64,000 nt of DNA, from the NCBI GenBank assembly GCA_026936335.1, contig JAPMXV010000023.1, positions 124,001 to 188,000 on the forward strand. Reading direction: 5' to 3'. Below, in pieces: positions 1-12,031 of this stretch. The notes beneath the pieces are model-generated. The model worked only from the letters and a program-made list of their open reading frames with translations, had not been told where the DNA came from and did no database searches. The stretch comes from Mantamonas sphyraenae STR306 (lineage: Eukaryota > Protista > CRuMs). The position numbers and the translations under genes are program-made. Positions within the stretch are counted from its first letter, which is position 1. Each line of letters begins with the position of its first letter.

Positions 1-1340
1 GGAGTGTCTCCGCGTGTACAGGAGGGTCTGGAGGAGCTGTTGCGGCTCAAGACACTCTGGCGCCTGCGGACGATCCTGACTATTGGAAGGATGTGGAGGC
101 ATTGATGGAGGAGGCGGTGAAGCAGGGAGTGTCCCCGGGTCTTGTGGCCGTGGTGGGCAAAAAGGGGCTGGGACCCGTGTTTTCCTACGCGGCAGGACAC
201 TACACGTACGGTGCGGTGCCACCGTACAACAAGGAGAACCCAGCCATGACAGAGGAGACACTGTTTGACCTTGCGTCGCTGTCGAAAATCCTGGCGACGA
301 CCACGGTGACGGCCAAGTTGTACCAAGAGGGTTTGCTTGCGCTGGACACACGTGTGACAGAGGTGCTCGGGGCCCAGTTTGGCCAGTATGGCAAACAAGA
401 CATCACTGTGTTGAATCTGCTGTTGCACAACGCCGGCTACCCGCCCGACCCCACACCAGAGTACTGGTCGCCGCAGTTTGGGTGTCCCAACACGAACACG
501 ACCCACCCGGCCATGGACAACTCGTGCCGAGATCGCATCTACAACGCCCTGTTTACGCAGACGCTGGAGAACCCCGTGGGAAGCACGTATGTGTACTCGG
601 ACCTGTCCATGATGACAATGGCGTACATTTGCGGCACCGTGATTCGCAGCCACGGCTTGGTGCACGCCAGCGACCTGCTGGAGGGATGTGCAGGCGGTGG
701 TCCCTCGGACGTGCTGTGCTACTTTGAAGCGTACCTGCGTGTGCATCTGTACAATGGATTTGCAAGCACGGGCTACCTTCCGCCGCTCAGCGATGCGGAC
801 CTGTGTGCACCGACGGAAAACGACACATCGTACCAGAACAAGCAAATCCAGGGACAGGTGAGCGATGGCAACGCATACGCGTCGGGAGGCATCCAGGGTC
901 ATGCGGGTCTGTTTTCCAACGCCAAGGAGGCGCACGCCATTGTATCCACCGTGTGGACGGCATGGTACGACACAAACCTGCTGCTCAACGCCACCACAGT
1001 GGATCTGTTCCGCAAACAGTACGACAACTCGTCGTCGCGTGCGCTGGGCTGGAACACAAACGCAAACCAGTTTGACCAGGGTTGGAACCATTCGTGTGGC
1101 TCCCTCTCGCCACGCACATACATGCACCTGGGCTACACGGGCACCCAGATCTGTGTCGATCCCGACCGTGAGGCGTACACCCTGCTGTTCACAAACCGCG
1201 TGTATCCCACGGCGGACAACATCAAGATTCGAGCATTCCGCCAGCAGTTTAACGATCTCTGCCAGAAGAAGATTGACGCGTTCCCGCCGCACGGGGACGT
1301 GGAAGAGATGTCTCGCAGTCGCCATGGCCAAGGAGGATGA
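1..1340 (+). CDS. Beta-lactamase/serine hydrolase family protein (class C/AmiE-like), 5' end lies upstream of the window
   Basis: FDLASLSK (SxxK), LLLHNAG, YVYSDL (YxN-like), HAGLFS, HLGYTGT and LFTNR motifs; the frame is open back to position 3, so 5'-partial. Confidence 0.85.
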   Translation, partial: SVSACTGGSGGAVAAQDTLAPADDPDYWKDVEALMEEAVKQGVSPGLVAVVGKKGLGPVFSYAAGHYTYGAVPPYNKENPAMTEETLFDLASLSKILATTTVTAKLYQEGLLALDTRVTEVLGAQFGQYGKQDITVLNLLLHNAGYPPDPTPEYWSPQFGCPNTNTTHPAMDNSCRDRIYNALFTQTLENPVGSTYVYSDLSMMTMAYICGTVIRSHGLVHASDLLEGCAGGGPSDVLCYFEAYLRVHLYNGFASTGYLPPLSDADLCAPTENDTSYQNKQIQGQVSDGNAYASGGIQGHAGLFSNAKEAHAIVSTVWTAWYDTNLLLNATTVDLFRKQYDNSSSRALGWNTNANQFDQGWNHSCGSLSPRTYMHLGYTGTQICVDPDREAYTLLFTNRVYPTADNIKIRAFRQQFNDLCQKKIDAFPPHGDVEEMSRSRHGQGG

Positions 1341-1361
1341 GTGGGGATCTTCATTCGCCTC

Positions 1362-3297
1362 TCACGCCCGATTCGAATACACTTGGAATGCTTCCTCCTC
1401 CTGCTCCTCCTCGTCTTCGTCCAGCTCCTGGAATTGCTCGAGCTGGTCCTCGCCCATGCCGCGCTGTACCTCACGGGAGTGACGGGGAGTGATGCGGAAC
1501 CAGCCGCGGCGGCGAAGGAAAACAACGCCTGCGACGAGGGCAAGGCCTGCACCGCCGATGCCAAAGCCAATCTCCATGTCTTGGATGGCCTTGGCCTGTG
1601 CCTGTCGCTTGGCCTCTGTGGCAGCGTCGTCGTTGGCGGCAGAGGAGGCCGGAGAGGTCGGGCTGGGCGTGGGACTGTTGTCAGGATTCTTTGGGTCGAC
1701 AGTGTAGCAATTGAAGAGCGGGAGGCCTGTGCACTGTGTGACGACGTCTGCGCACACAGCCTTGTAGCGCAGACACTGGGAGAGGCACATGGGCAGATCC
1801 TGGCCGTTCTGGCACTTGGGAATGGAGCGGCCGCAATGAAGGCCTCAAACTCGGCGGAGGAGCAGCCACTGGCTGTCTTTGCGGCGCCGACGGTGGCGTC
1901 GATGGCCTGTGCCTGGAGAGGGTTGATGGTCGTTGAGTACCCGAGCATGGTGCAGGTCTGCAGGTTTGTGGGCAGCGCACGACATTGGGGTGTGGGGGTG
2001 GGCGGCAGAGGGCCAAGCGAGGGAGAGGGCAGTGGGAAAGGAGTGGGCGCAGGAAGAGAGGGAAGATGGTCGAAACAGGAGGGTGGGTTTGCCAGCTGCG
2101 CGGAGATCAGCGTGCACGGGTTGAGAAAGGATGGGATGCCACAGTACGACGCAGTGCTTGCACACAAAGTCTGGCAGGGGCGCACGAGGGTGCCATTGGT
2201 GGTGGTGTTGCACAGCGGGAAGAATGCGGCACAGGCGAGGAACTTGAAGGTGGTGCGACACTGTTGCGGGGCGTTGCTGGGCAACACAGCCGTCAGGCCA
2301 TTGTATGTGGTCTGAGCCTGGGAATCGAGGGTGGCTGCGTCCAACTGAGGCACCACGGTGTAGTTGACCATGTCACAAAACGTGGGCTGGACCAATCGGC
2401 ACACGGGGGCGGGCTGCGTCACCGTGGCGCACGTTTGGCCAGCATCGGCAAACAAATGGGAGGGAAGAGGACAGGATGAGCCCTGAGTGGGCCCCAGACA
2501 GCGTTGGTTGGCACTGATGCAGCTGGAAGTGCATGGAGGGGTGCCACCCTGGCCCGGAGTGGAACAGGGCTGCAAATGGGCCCAGCAGAGCACGTTCTTG
2601 AGCTGGGTGCGTCCCTCTTCGTCCATGCAAGCACCGGACACAATGGAGTTGTAGAGGGATTGGGCGCGAGAGTCGCTGAGGGCCACGTTGACTGTGGAGG
2701 AGACGTTGTGTGTGATGTGTGTGCAGAAGGAGGCACCTTGGGGTGCCTTGCAGCCACTGGGTTTGTCCAGAGTGGCATTGAAACAGTTTGCATCGCCCCA
2801 TGCCGTGGGTGTGCTGCAGGACAGGTCGTTGAGCTGGCAGTCACGTGTGTAGCTGCGGCACTGGGCTCGGCAGACTTGGCGCGTGGTGTTTGTGGCTGGG
2901 TCGCATTTGGGGAACCCTGTGAGGGGGGTGGGGTGGATGGGAAAACGAGACAGATGGGATGTGGGATGGGGTTAGAGGCACGGTGGGTGACATGGAGGGT
3001 GGGTTGGGTGCAGCAAAAAGGGGTGGTGGGAAGGAAAGGGTGCCACGCACATTTTGCGCAAATGATGTGTGTGGGGTCAAGGTTGTTGCAACTGTGGGTG
3101 TTGTACTCGTGCAGGGCGTGTGCTTGGGCCTCGGTGACGTTGAGAGAGTCTGCCAAGGGATAGTCGACCTGTGCAGCGCAGAAGCCCGTGAAATTGGCGG
3201 AAACGCACGCCAACGCATGGCCAGGCTGTGCAAAGAGTGCCACGACAACCAGCACCAGGGCAAGCACAGATGGAAGTGCGTTTCTGCTGAGGTGCAT
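1362..3297 (-). CDS. Type I membrane protein with about four Frizzled-like cysteine-rich domains; one intron (2917-3050) and an apparent -1 frameshift at ~1835
   Basis: Signal peptide MHLSRNALPSVLALVLVVVALFAQPGHA; repeated C..FC..V.Y...C..F.C...FP.C...PC...C pattern; TM IGFGIGGAGLALVAGVVFL followed by RRR; adding one T at 1835-1836 restores FICGRSIPKC. Confidence 0.75.
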
Positions 3298-3358
3298 GGA
3301 CAGCGCAGGAATGTGTTGGGTGTGGGGTCGCCCTGGCTGCGCTCGCTCGCCCAAGCAC

Positions 3359-4270
3359 ATGTTTGCAAGGGCGTCCACACGCGTTGTGCCGTGTTTGGAG
3401 TGTCGCGAGGAGCACAGTCGTCCAGAGGGAAGGATACACATGGACTTTTGGGGCAATCGGTTGTGTGACAAGCACCTGCGGCCGAACTGCAGGGGCTGCG
3501 GCACGTTTGTGTCACCTGCGCTGCACAACTTCCACGGCAGCTGGATGCAGAGGGGAGAGAGGGCATTCACTGTGAAGCAACAATTGTGTGGGGAGTGTGT
3601 ACGTACACGTGTGACGACACAGCACCAGCTGGACGACATCACGCACATGGTGTTGCGAACCATGCGACAGCGTTTTGGTCTGCAGTTCACAAAGAAACCA
3701 CGCATGCTGGTAAACTTGGTACAGGAACGGGAGCTGGCACACACACGTGCAGGCATGGTGTGTACGGGAGTCACAAAGGTGCACCATCGCAAGGACGGCA
3801 CGTTCTCCGTCCGGCTGCTGGAGATTCTCAGCCACCAAACGTTCATTTCCACCGTGTGGGTGGTGGCACACGAGCTGTGTCACGCATGGGTGTATTTGGA
3901 ACGTGGGGTGGAGTTGCCGCACGACGTCAACGAAGGGCTGGCGGAACTGTGGGGTCTGGCGATGATCCACGCTTTGCCACGTGAAACACTGCATCGACAT
4001 GCCAAACAAATGGTTTATGAAGAGTGCATGCAGCGCTTTGGATCTGGTGATTACCCAAAGTACCTTCTTGCGCGCTTGCAAGAGGTGGCGATGGGAATGA
4101 GCGTGGAGAGGATCATCGCCACAGCTCTGGCCGCCAAACACGCACGACACAAGCAAGAAGTGTCCGACGGACAAACGCAGGGGTTGTTTGTTAGCAAAGG
4201 ATCGCCACAGGCTGGGGTTGAACAGCTTGTGGAGCGGGGAACACAGACGTTTGGGGCGAAAACGCGTTGA
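3359..4270 (+). CDS. DA1-like zinc metallopeptidase with Cys-rich LIM-like N-terminal region
   Basis: CLEC, FWGNRLCDKH, CRGC and LCGEC zinc ligands; AHELCHAW (HExxH) and downstream NEGLAEL; start codon uncertain. Confidence 0.7.
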   Translation: MFARASTRVVPCLECREEHSRPEGRIHMDFWGNRLCDKHLRPNCRGCGTFVSPALHNFHGSWMQRGERAFTVKQQLCGECVRTRVTTQHQLDDITHMVLRTMRQRFGLQFTKKPRMLVNLVQERELAHTRAGMVCTGVTKVHHRKDGTFSVRLLEILSHQTFISTVWVVAHELCHAWVYLERGVELPHDVNEGLAELWGLAMIHALPRETLHRHAKQMVYEECMQRFGSGDYPKYLLARLQEVAMGMSVERIIATALAAKHARHKQEVSDGQTQGLFVSKGSPQAGVEQLVERGTQTFGAKTR

Positions 4271-4414
4271 TTGATTGATTGGGACTGGAACCATGGGGAC
4301 GTGTCCTCTCTGCTGTCAATGCAATGCAAATGGGCTCATCATCGCCTCATGTCACCCGGCATGTGTTTCCTTTGTCATGCTTTCATGCTTTCATGCTGTG
4401 GTTGTGGAAGCCGT

Positions 4415-6078
4415 TCAAAGCAGGTTGGCAACGGCGTCGCGCTCCTGGAGCAGTTCCTTGTAGGTCTTTTCCATCCTCTCCTCGGAGAAGGAGTTGATGT
4501 CCAGACCCTGCACGATCTCGACCTTGCCGTCGGCGCACTTGACCGGGTAGGAGTAGAACACACCCTCGTCGATGCCGTAGCTGCCGTCGGACGGGATGGC
4601 CATGCTGGTGACGCGTCCCTTGGTGCCCAGGGCCCAGTCACGAAGGCTGTCGATGGCCGATCCACCGGCCGAGGCAGCCGAAGAGGCGCCGCGAGCATCA
4701 ATGATCTCGGCACCACGCTTCTGCACACGCGGGATGTACTCGTTGACATACCACTCGTTCTCCACGAGGTCCAGGGCAGCCTTGCCGTTGACGGTGGCGT
4801 GGTGCAGATCCGGGTACTGGGTGGCGCTGTGGTTGCCCCAGATGATGACGTTCTCCACGTCGGTGTTGAGGGCACCAGTCTTTTCGGCCAGCAGAGCCAC
4901 GGCGCGGTTCTCATCCAGGCGGGTCATGGCAGAGATGTTCTCCGTGGGGATCTGGTCCGCGGCGTTGGCCAGGATCAGCGCGTTGGTGTTGGCCGGGTTG
5001 CCCACAACCAGAGCCTTGGCTGTCTTCTTGGCCTTGTTGAAGGCCTTGCCCTGGGCGGTGAAGATGCCACCGTTGTCACGCAGCAGATCACCACGCTCCA
5101 TACCTGGTCAGGGACGGGGGAGGGGAGTGGGTGAGTGGGGGTGGTGCCAATGGGAATGGTGGCAAAATGCAGGGCAGGCGTCAAGTTGTGGTATGGGTAG
5201 GCCGTCAGAGAGAAGATTTGCAGTTCGTCTCGCTCACGGGCACATTGACAACACATTAAAACGTTGCTGTGCCTCGGATAAGCGTCATTGAACATATGTA
5301 TCACATCACCCGGTGTGTGTGTGTGGGGGGGGGGGGGGGGGGGGGGGGACGGAGAATGAAACATACCGGGGCCACGAGGCTTGGCGCCGACAAAAAGAGC
5401 ATAGTCGACGTCGTCAAAGGCCTCCTCGGCGCTGTCGGTGCCGACGATGCCATGAAGGAGCGGGAAGGCGCAGTCCTGCAGCTCCATGGTGACACCCTTC
5501 AGGGCCTTCATGGCCGGGGTCAGCTCGAGGCAGTGGAGGATGACCGGCTGGTCCTTGCCCAGCATGTCGCCGCTGGCAATGCGGAACAGCAGGGCGTAGC
5601 CAATGGCACCGGCGGCACCAGTCACGGCCACCTTGACGGGCTCCTTCTGCTGGCTCTCCGACTCGTAAGGGATGTCTGCGTGGCAAGCCGGGGTGTGTGC
5701 GGGGCGGCGGGGGGGGCGGGGTTAGGGTTGCCCGGATTTCGAAGGGGCGCGCGGGAGGGGAAACGGCCTCGTCAAGGCGGCGTGTGCAGACGTGCACAGG
5801 CGCAGCATGCTTGGTGGCCATGGGAACGAGGGAGTGGCACACGTATGCACGCCCACAGAAAGCACATACACAGGCCGGAGTTGTCCTGTGGGCAAGACGG
5901 GCAGGTGAGTGGGTCAGCGTATGAACGGCGGTGGAGAAACTTCCGTCGCGACGAACAAAAACTGCGCGCAGGGGTTGCAGGGGTTGCTTACAGTGGCATA
6001 GGCACGCGAGGCCACAGGGGCGCTCACGGCAGAGGCAGAGACACGGGAAGAGACGGTCTTGAGGTTGCGAGTGAACAT
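4415..6078 (-). CDS. MDH: Malate dehydrogenase (MDH type 2, cytosolic/bacterial-like) with mitochondrial presequence; exons 6078-5992, 5885-5870, 5675-5367, 5103-4415
   Basis: [38 protein letters not shown]; four exons join in phase with GT-AG; N-terminus [29 protein letters not shown] is Arg/Ser/Ala-rich with no acidic residues. Confidence 0.92.
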
Positions 6079-6621
6079 GTGTTGACGAATTCAGGTGGAT
6101 GCAACGGTGCGCGGGGGGGGGTTTTGCGGCAGCCAATGCACCCCATGTGGACACGGACACCCAAGAAACACGGTGTGGTGGCCCTTTGGCGCATGTCGGG
6201 TGTACGTGAGGGTGCACACGGCAGCCTGGCATGCACACGAAGGGCAAACGTGACCGGGCAAGCGTTTGGCAGGTCACTGGGAGGCATGCATGCGCGTACG
6301 GTGCACATGGATCCTTGGCAGAGGGTGTCACGGGGTTGGATGGGCACGAGGGAAGGTTGCAGGTCGCAGACAGTGTGTGGTGAGGGTGCACGAGGCGAGA
6401 GTGGGCTTGTTGGACTTTCACTCGGGGCTGCTGCAGACGCACATACCACGGGAAAGGCACAGTTACACACGTTGGGACGACACCAGGCACATGGAAAACG
6501 GATGAGCGGACATGGGGCGGAACGTATGGCGGGCCGGCCATTCACGGGCGTGTCCCGACACGGCGGAAGCCAAACGAGTTCCGCTTCCGGAGGTGCGCCG
6601 CTGTGGGCAGCGAAACAGATC

Positions 6622-8523
<1,902 letters not shown>

Positions 8524-8790
8524 GCTGCTCGAGGTGCGTAGCGAGCGCCTGCGTGCGCGTCTGTAAACCAGGCGACGTGCGTATGGTGGCTCCCCCTCGA
8601 GCAGGGTAATCCTGACTCTGATGATGTGTGTCTGGTGCACATTGTGTGTGTGCACGAAACAGGCAGCAGCAAAACACAGCAACACCCCTTTCCTCAACCC
8701 CAACCCCACACCCCCCCCGCAACCTTTCCATCCCATGAATCCATGGGGCGGCAGCGAGGGGGTGTGGTGGGCGAGGGGAAAGCGATCGTT

Positions 8791-8870
8791 CCACCGTGCT
8801 TCGCATGACGCATGCTATTCCTGGGAAACGGCCGAATGTTATGGTCGCAGGACATGCTGACGGAGAGTGG
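8791..8870 (+). promoter_or_regulatory. SECIS element (type II) in the TrxR 3' UTR
   Basis: ATGAC 8805-8809 and TGAC 8858-8861 form the GA quartet; helix II GCATG/CATGC plus TCCTG/CAGGA; apical AAA then mini-helix CGGCCG/TGGTCG; lower pairing CCAC/GTGG and TTCG/CGGA. Confidence 0.75.
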
Positions 8871-8960
8871 ACGGAGTTGCGTTGGCCAGGTTTTGCATAG
8901 TGAACAATGGACAATGGCAATGGTGTACAGAAACCGAGTTGGGACTTGTCTTGGTGACCG

Positions 8961-10540
8961 CGACTGGGATTTGCCCTTGCCACTGCTGCCCTGGCTGTCG
9001 TCCACTGCCAGATTGAGCTCCATTGCGTGTGTGTGTTTGGTGTTGGGATGGGTTCAAAGGAGGGTGGGGGGGGGTGACGCAGGTGCTTGTTGGTCTGGGT
9101 GTGGCATCGCTGGCTCCGACCGACCCATCCCAAACACAAAACCACAGAGAAAGTAAGTTGCAGGCGCACGTATCGGTGCAATGGGAGGACAATGGACCTG
9201 TGCGCACCATGGGCATGCACATGACGGAGCTGGTATCCGTTTGCATGTGTGTGTGCGTGTGTGCAGTGCCGACTCGTGTGTACAGGCGGTCAGTCCGTTC
9301 TGGGAAAGAGGGCGGCTGGGTCGAAAATGCCCGCCGCAAGGGACACCGGAAGAGAACACTGACACGGAAAGCAATGTGTGTGTGTGTGCGTGTGTGTGTG
9401 TGTGTGTTCAGTGTCCAAGATCTCGTCTGAAGTGCTGCGAAGCTCGATCCGTGAGGTGCTGAACCCGGAGAAGAAGCGCAACTTGTGAGTTTTTTGCATG
9501 CGATGCGAGTCGACTTTTGCAAGTGGCTGTGCTTTTGAGGGGCACACACAGAGAGAAATGGAAAGTGCAATGGGACACAAGGGATGAGACATGCTGACAA
9601 ACGCGTGGATGGACACGACACATTGCAGCCTGGAGTCTGTTGAGCTGCAGGTTGGCCTGAAGAACTACGACATTGCGCGCGACAAGCGTTTCTCGGGCAA
9701 GGTGTCTGTGCCGCACCAGCCGCGCCCGCGCCCCAAGGTTCTGATCTTTGGTGACGTCAAGGCTTGCGACGCTGCCAAGGCTCTGGGCTACGACACGATG
9801 AACGCCGACGAGGTGAAGGGTGTGTTCAAGCAGAAGAAGCCGATCAAGAAGATTGTGCGCAAGTACGATTACTTCCTGGCGTCGAGCACGATGATCCGTA
9901 ACGTGTCGAAGAGCATGGGATCGTACCTGACCAAGGCAGGCAAGTTCCCCACTGTGCTGGGCAACAACGACGACCTGGAGGAGAAGATCGCCGAGGTGAG
10001 CGCTCAGGTGCAGTTCAAGCTGAAGAAGCTGTGTCTGGGAGTGTGCATTGGCCACCTGAACATGACGGAGGACCAGCTTGTGCGCAACATCGTCAAGGCT
10101 GTGAACTTCCTTGTGTCTCTGCTGAAGAAGCAGTGGCAGAACGTGGGTTCGCTGTACATCAAGAGCACGATGGGCCCCAGCTTCCAGATCTACTAAGGAG
10201 ATGGTGGAACGGCGGGAGGCTTGTTGTGCCACGGAGCTTGGTGTGCACTGCGTCGTAGTGCCCTTGTGTTTGACCCAAGGGAAGACGGAGCGCTGCTGGA
10301 AGGCGGCGAGGCTGTCGCAAGGGCGCAGTGATTTCTCGATATCAACTCGTGTCAACTCGTTATTCAGGCGTTGTGGAGGAGAGGCAATGAGTGCGTGTGT
10401 GGGTGTGGGCAATTGATTTCCATGAGTGTGGAGTGTGTACTCCTGCAAGGAGACCCGAGAGGCAGGAGGAGCACAACACACACCCCCGGTTCAGAAGAAA
10501 ATGGAAGCCACAGCGAGCACGTGCGCAAAACAGGCCAAAC
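8961..10540 (+). repeat. Inverted repeat 1, left arm (~1.58 kb): first 21 codons of DDX31, shared upstream region, complete RPL10A gene and its 3' flank
   Basis: Near-identical reverse complement of 17554-19132 with scattered SNPs and small indels. Confidence 0.95.
9152..10196 (+). CDS. RPL10A: 60S ribosomal protein uL1 (L10a), copy A; exons 9152 (A of ATG), 9412-9484, 9629-10196
   Basis: Spliced [39 protein letters not shown]...KAGKFP...NFLVSLLKKQWQNVGSLYIKSTMGP. Confidence 0.92.
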
Positions 10541-10572
10541 CAACGTAGGAGATAGGGTGACTGGTCTTGCAC

Positions 10573-12000
10573 ATGGATGTGTTGCATGAGAACGCAGTGC
10601 GGTACGAGCTCAATGAGATGATGGTGGAGGCGTTGCGTGGTGGGGATCTCGACTCGGCGTGCGCAAAGGCCAATGCGGTCGGATTGGACCGGTTGGAAGT
10701 TGGCCACTCGGAGTGTGTGGCTTTGGGATCTGTGTTGACGTCGCATCGGCTGAGGGTGAACTGCATTCACGTGGAAGTGGACGATTCGCAGTTGTCTGAT
10801 GCTGCGCAGGTGTTCAACGAGCTCGTTGCGGGGATTGCGGCCAACCCATCCGTGCTGACGCTTCGAGTGAGTGCCTATTCTCTGTCCAGTGTGCACGAGG
10901 GATGGAACGCATTGCTGGAGGGATGGAAAGCGGGAACGTGCCACCTGCGGGAACTTGTGTTGGGTGGTGTGCTTGACATCGACCAGTGGAGGGCGATAGC
11001 GGAGGGCCTGAGTGAGGGCACGCACACGTTGCAGAGACTGAGTGCGTCTGACTTGTGGATGGGCAGAACAAACGCAGAGAGGTTTGGCAGACTCCTGGCA
11101 GCAAACACGAGATTGCGACACCTCGACCTCACCGCGACGGGGTTGGATGACGTCGGTGTGGCAGCTCTGGGCAAAGGCCTGGCACAGAACAACACACTGC
11201 AGTCGTTGATGCTTTCACACAGTCGATTCCAAAGCGAAGGGCTGTTGGCGCTGGCAGAAGGGGTGCGCGAAAACACATCGCTGCGCCTGCTGGACATCCA
11301 CTTGGGCAAGTTTGAGAGTTTGGATGAGTTTGTGAATATGTGTGCAGAGAAGCACACGTTGCAGGTGACGGTGGGACAGTTCTCAGGGCCGGTGTGGCGT
11401 CGTCCCTTTGTCCCGCTGCCTCGTTTGCTGAGCATTGTCGAGAGCACACCGGTGAACGCGATGAGTTTGCCCCTGAAGAATCTGGAGATGTCACAGATGG
11501 AACGGCAGATTGCAGTTTTTGACGTGTGTTCGCGTGACGCCGACGATTTGCTGGAGATCTTGCTGGACGACGGCGTTTCCCCCGACACGCTTGTGAACCA
11601 AGGACTGGTCCCGGGTCACAGCACATGGTTCATGGTCACAGCGTTGGCACAAGCTGTGTGTGACGGACATGTGGCGGTGGCACGTCTCATGGTCGAACGA
11701 GGCGCATCTGTTCATCTGGGCAACCCCTCTGCGATGGAGTATTTGGAACGCATTGTGTGGAAGATTGGACGAGACGATGCGTGGCAAACCTGGCATTTCA
11801 TGCATGGTGACCACGTGGACGAGGCCATGGAGACGGCGTTGGCGATGAACATGGAAGAGCGTGCGGTGATGTTTGAGGCGGGCGGCATGGAGGATTACGT
11901 GCCCGAGGCACTGTGGAGCACACTCCCGGATGAGGTGATGGAACGGGTGGTCGATTGGATGGCCAAACAGGAACACCCGTTGGCGCAATGGCTGCAATGA
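10573..12000 (+). CDS. RI-like leucine-rich repeat + ankyrin-like protein with C-terminal F-box-like motif, paralogue A
   Basis: LRHLDLTATGLDDVGVAALGKGLAQNNTLQSLML repeats; TALAQAVCDGHVAVARLMVERGA; terminal LWSTLPDEVMERVVDW; no intron seen. Confidence 0.75.
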   Translation: MDVLHENAVRYELNEMMVEALRGGDLDSACAKANAVGLDRLEVGHSECVALGSVLTSHRLRVNCIHVEVDDSQLSDAAQVFNELVAGIAANPSVLTLRVSAYSLSSVHEGWNALLEGWKAGTCHLRELVLGGVLDIDQWRAIAEGLSEGTHTLQRLSASDLWMGRTNAERFGRLLAANTRLRHLDLTATGLDDVGVAALGKGLAQNNTLQSLMLSHSRFQSEGLLALAEGVRENTSLRLLDIHLGKFESLDEFVNMCAEKHTLQVTVGQFSGPVWRRPFVPLPRLLSIVESTPVNAMSLPLKNLEMSQMERQIAVFDVCSRDADDLLEILLDDGVSPDTLVNQGLVPGHSTWFMVTALAQAVCDGHVAVARLMVERGASVHLGNPSAMEYLERIVWKIGRDDAWQTWHFMHGDHVDEAMETALAMNMEERAVMFEAGGMEDYVPEALWSTLPDEVMERVVDWMAKQEHPLAQWLQ

Positions 12001-12031
12001 TGCGCCTCCTACGCCAGCAACACCATCAAAA

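Noticed and set aside
5305-5348. (GT)n plus a long poly-G run
   Set aside because: Simple repeat inside an MDH intron; length unreliable
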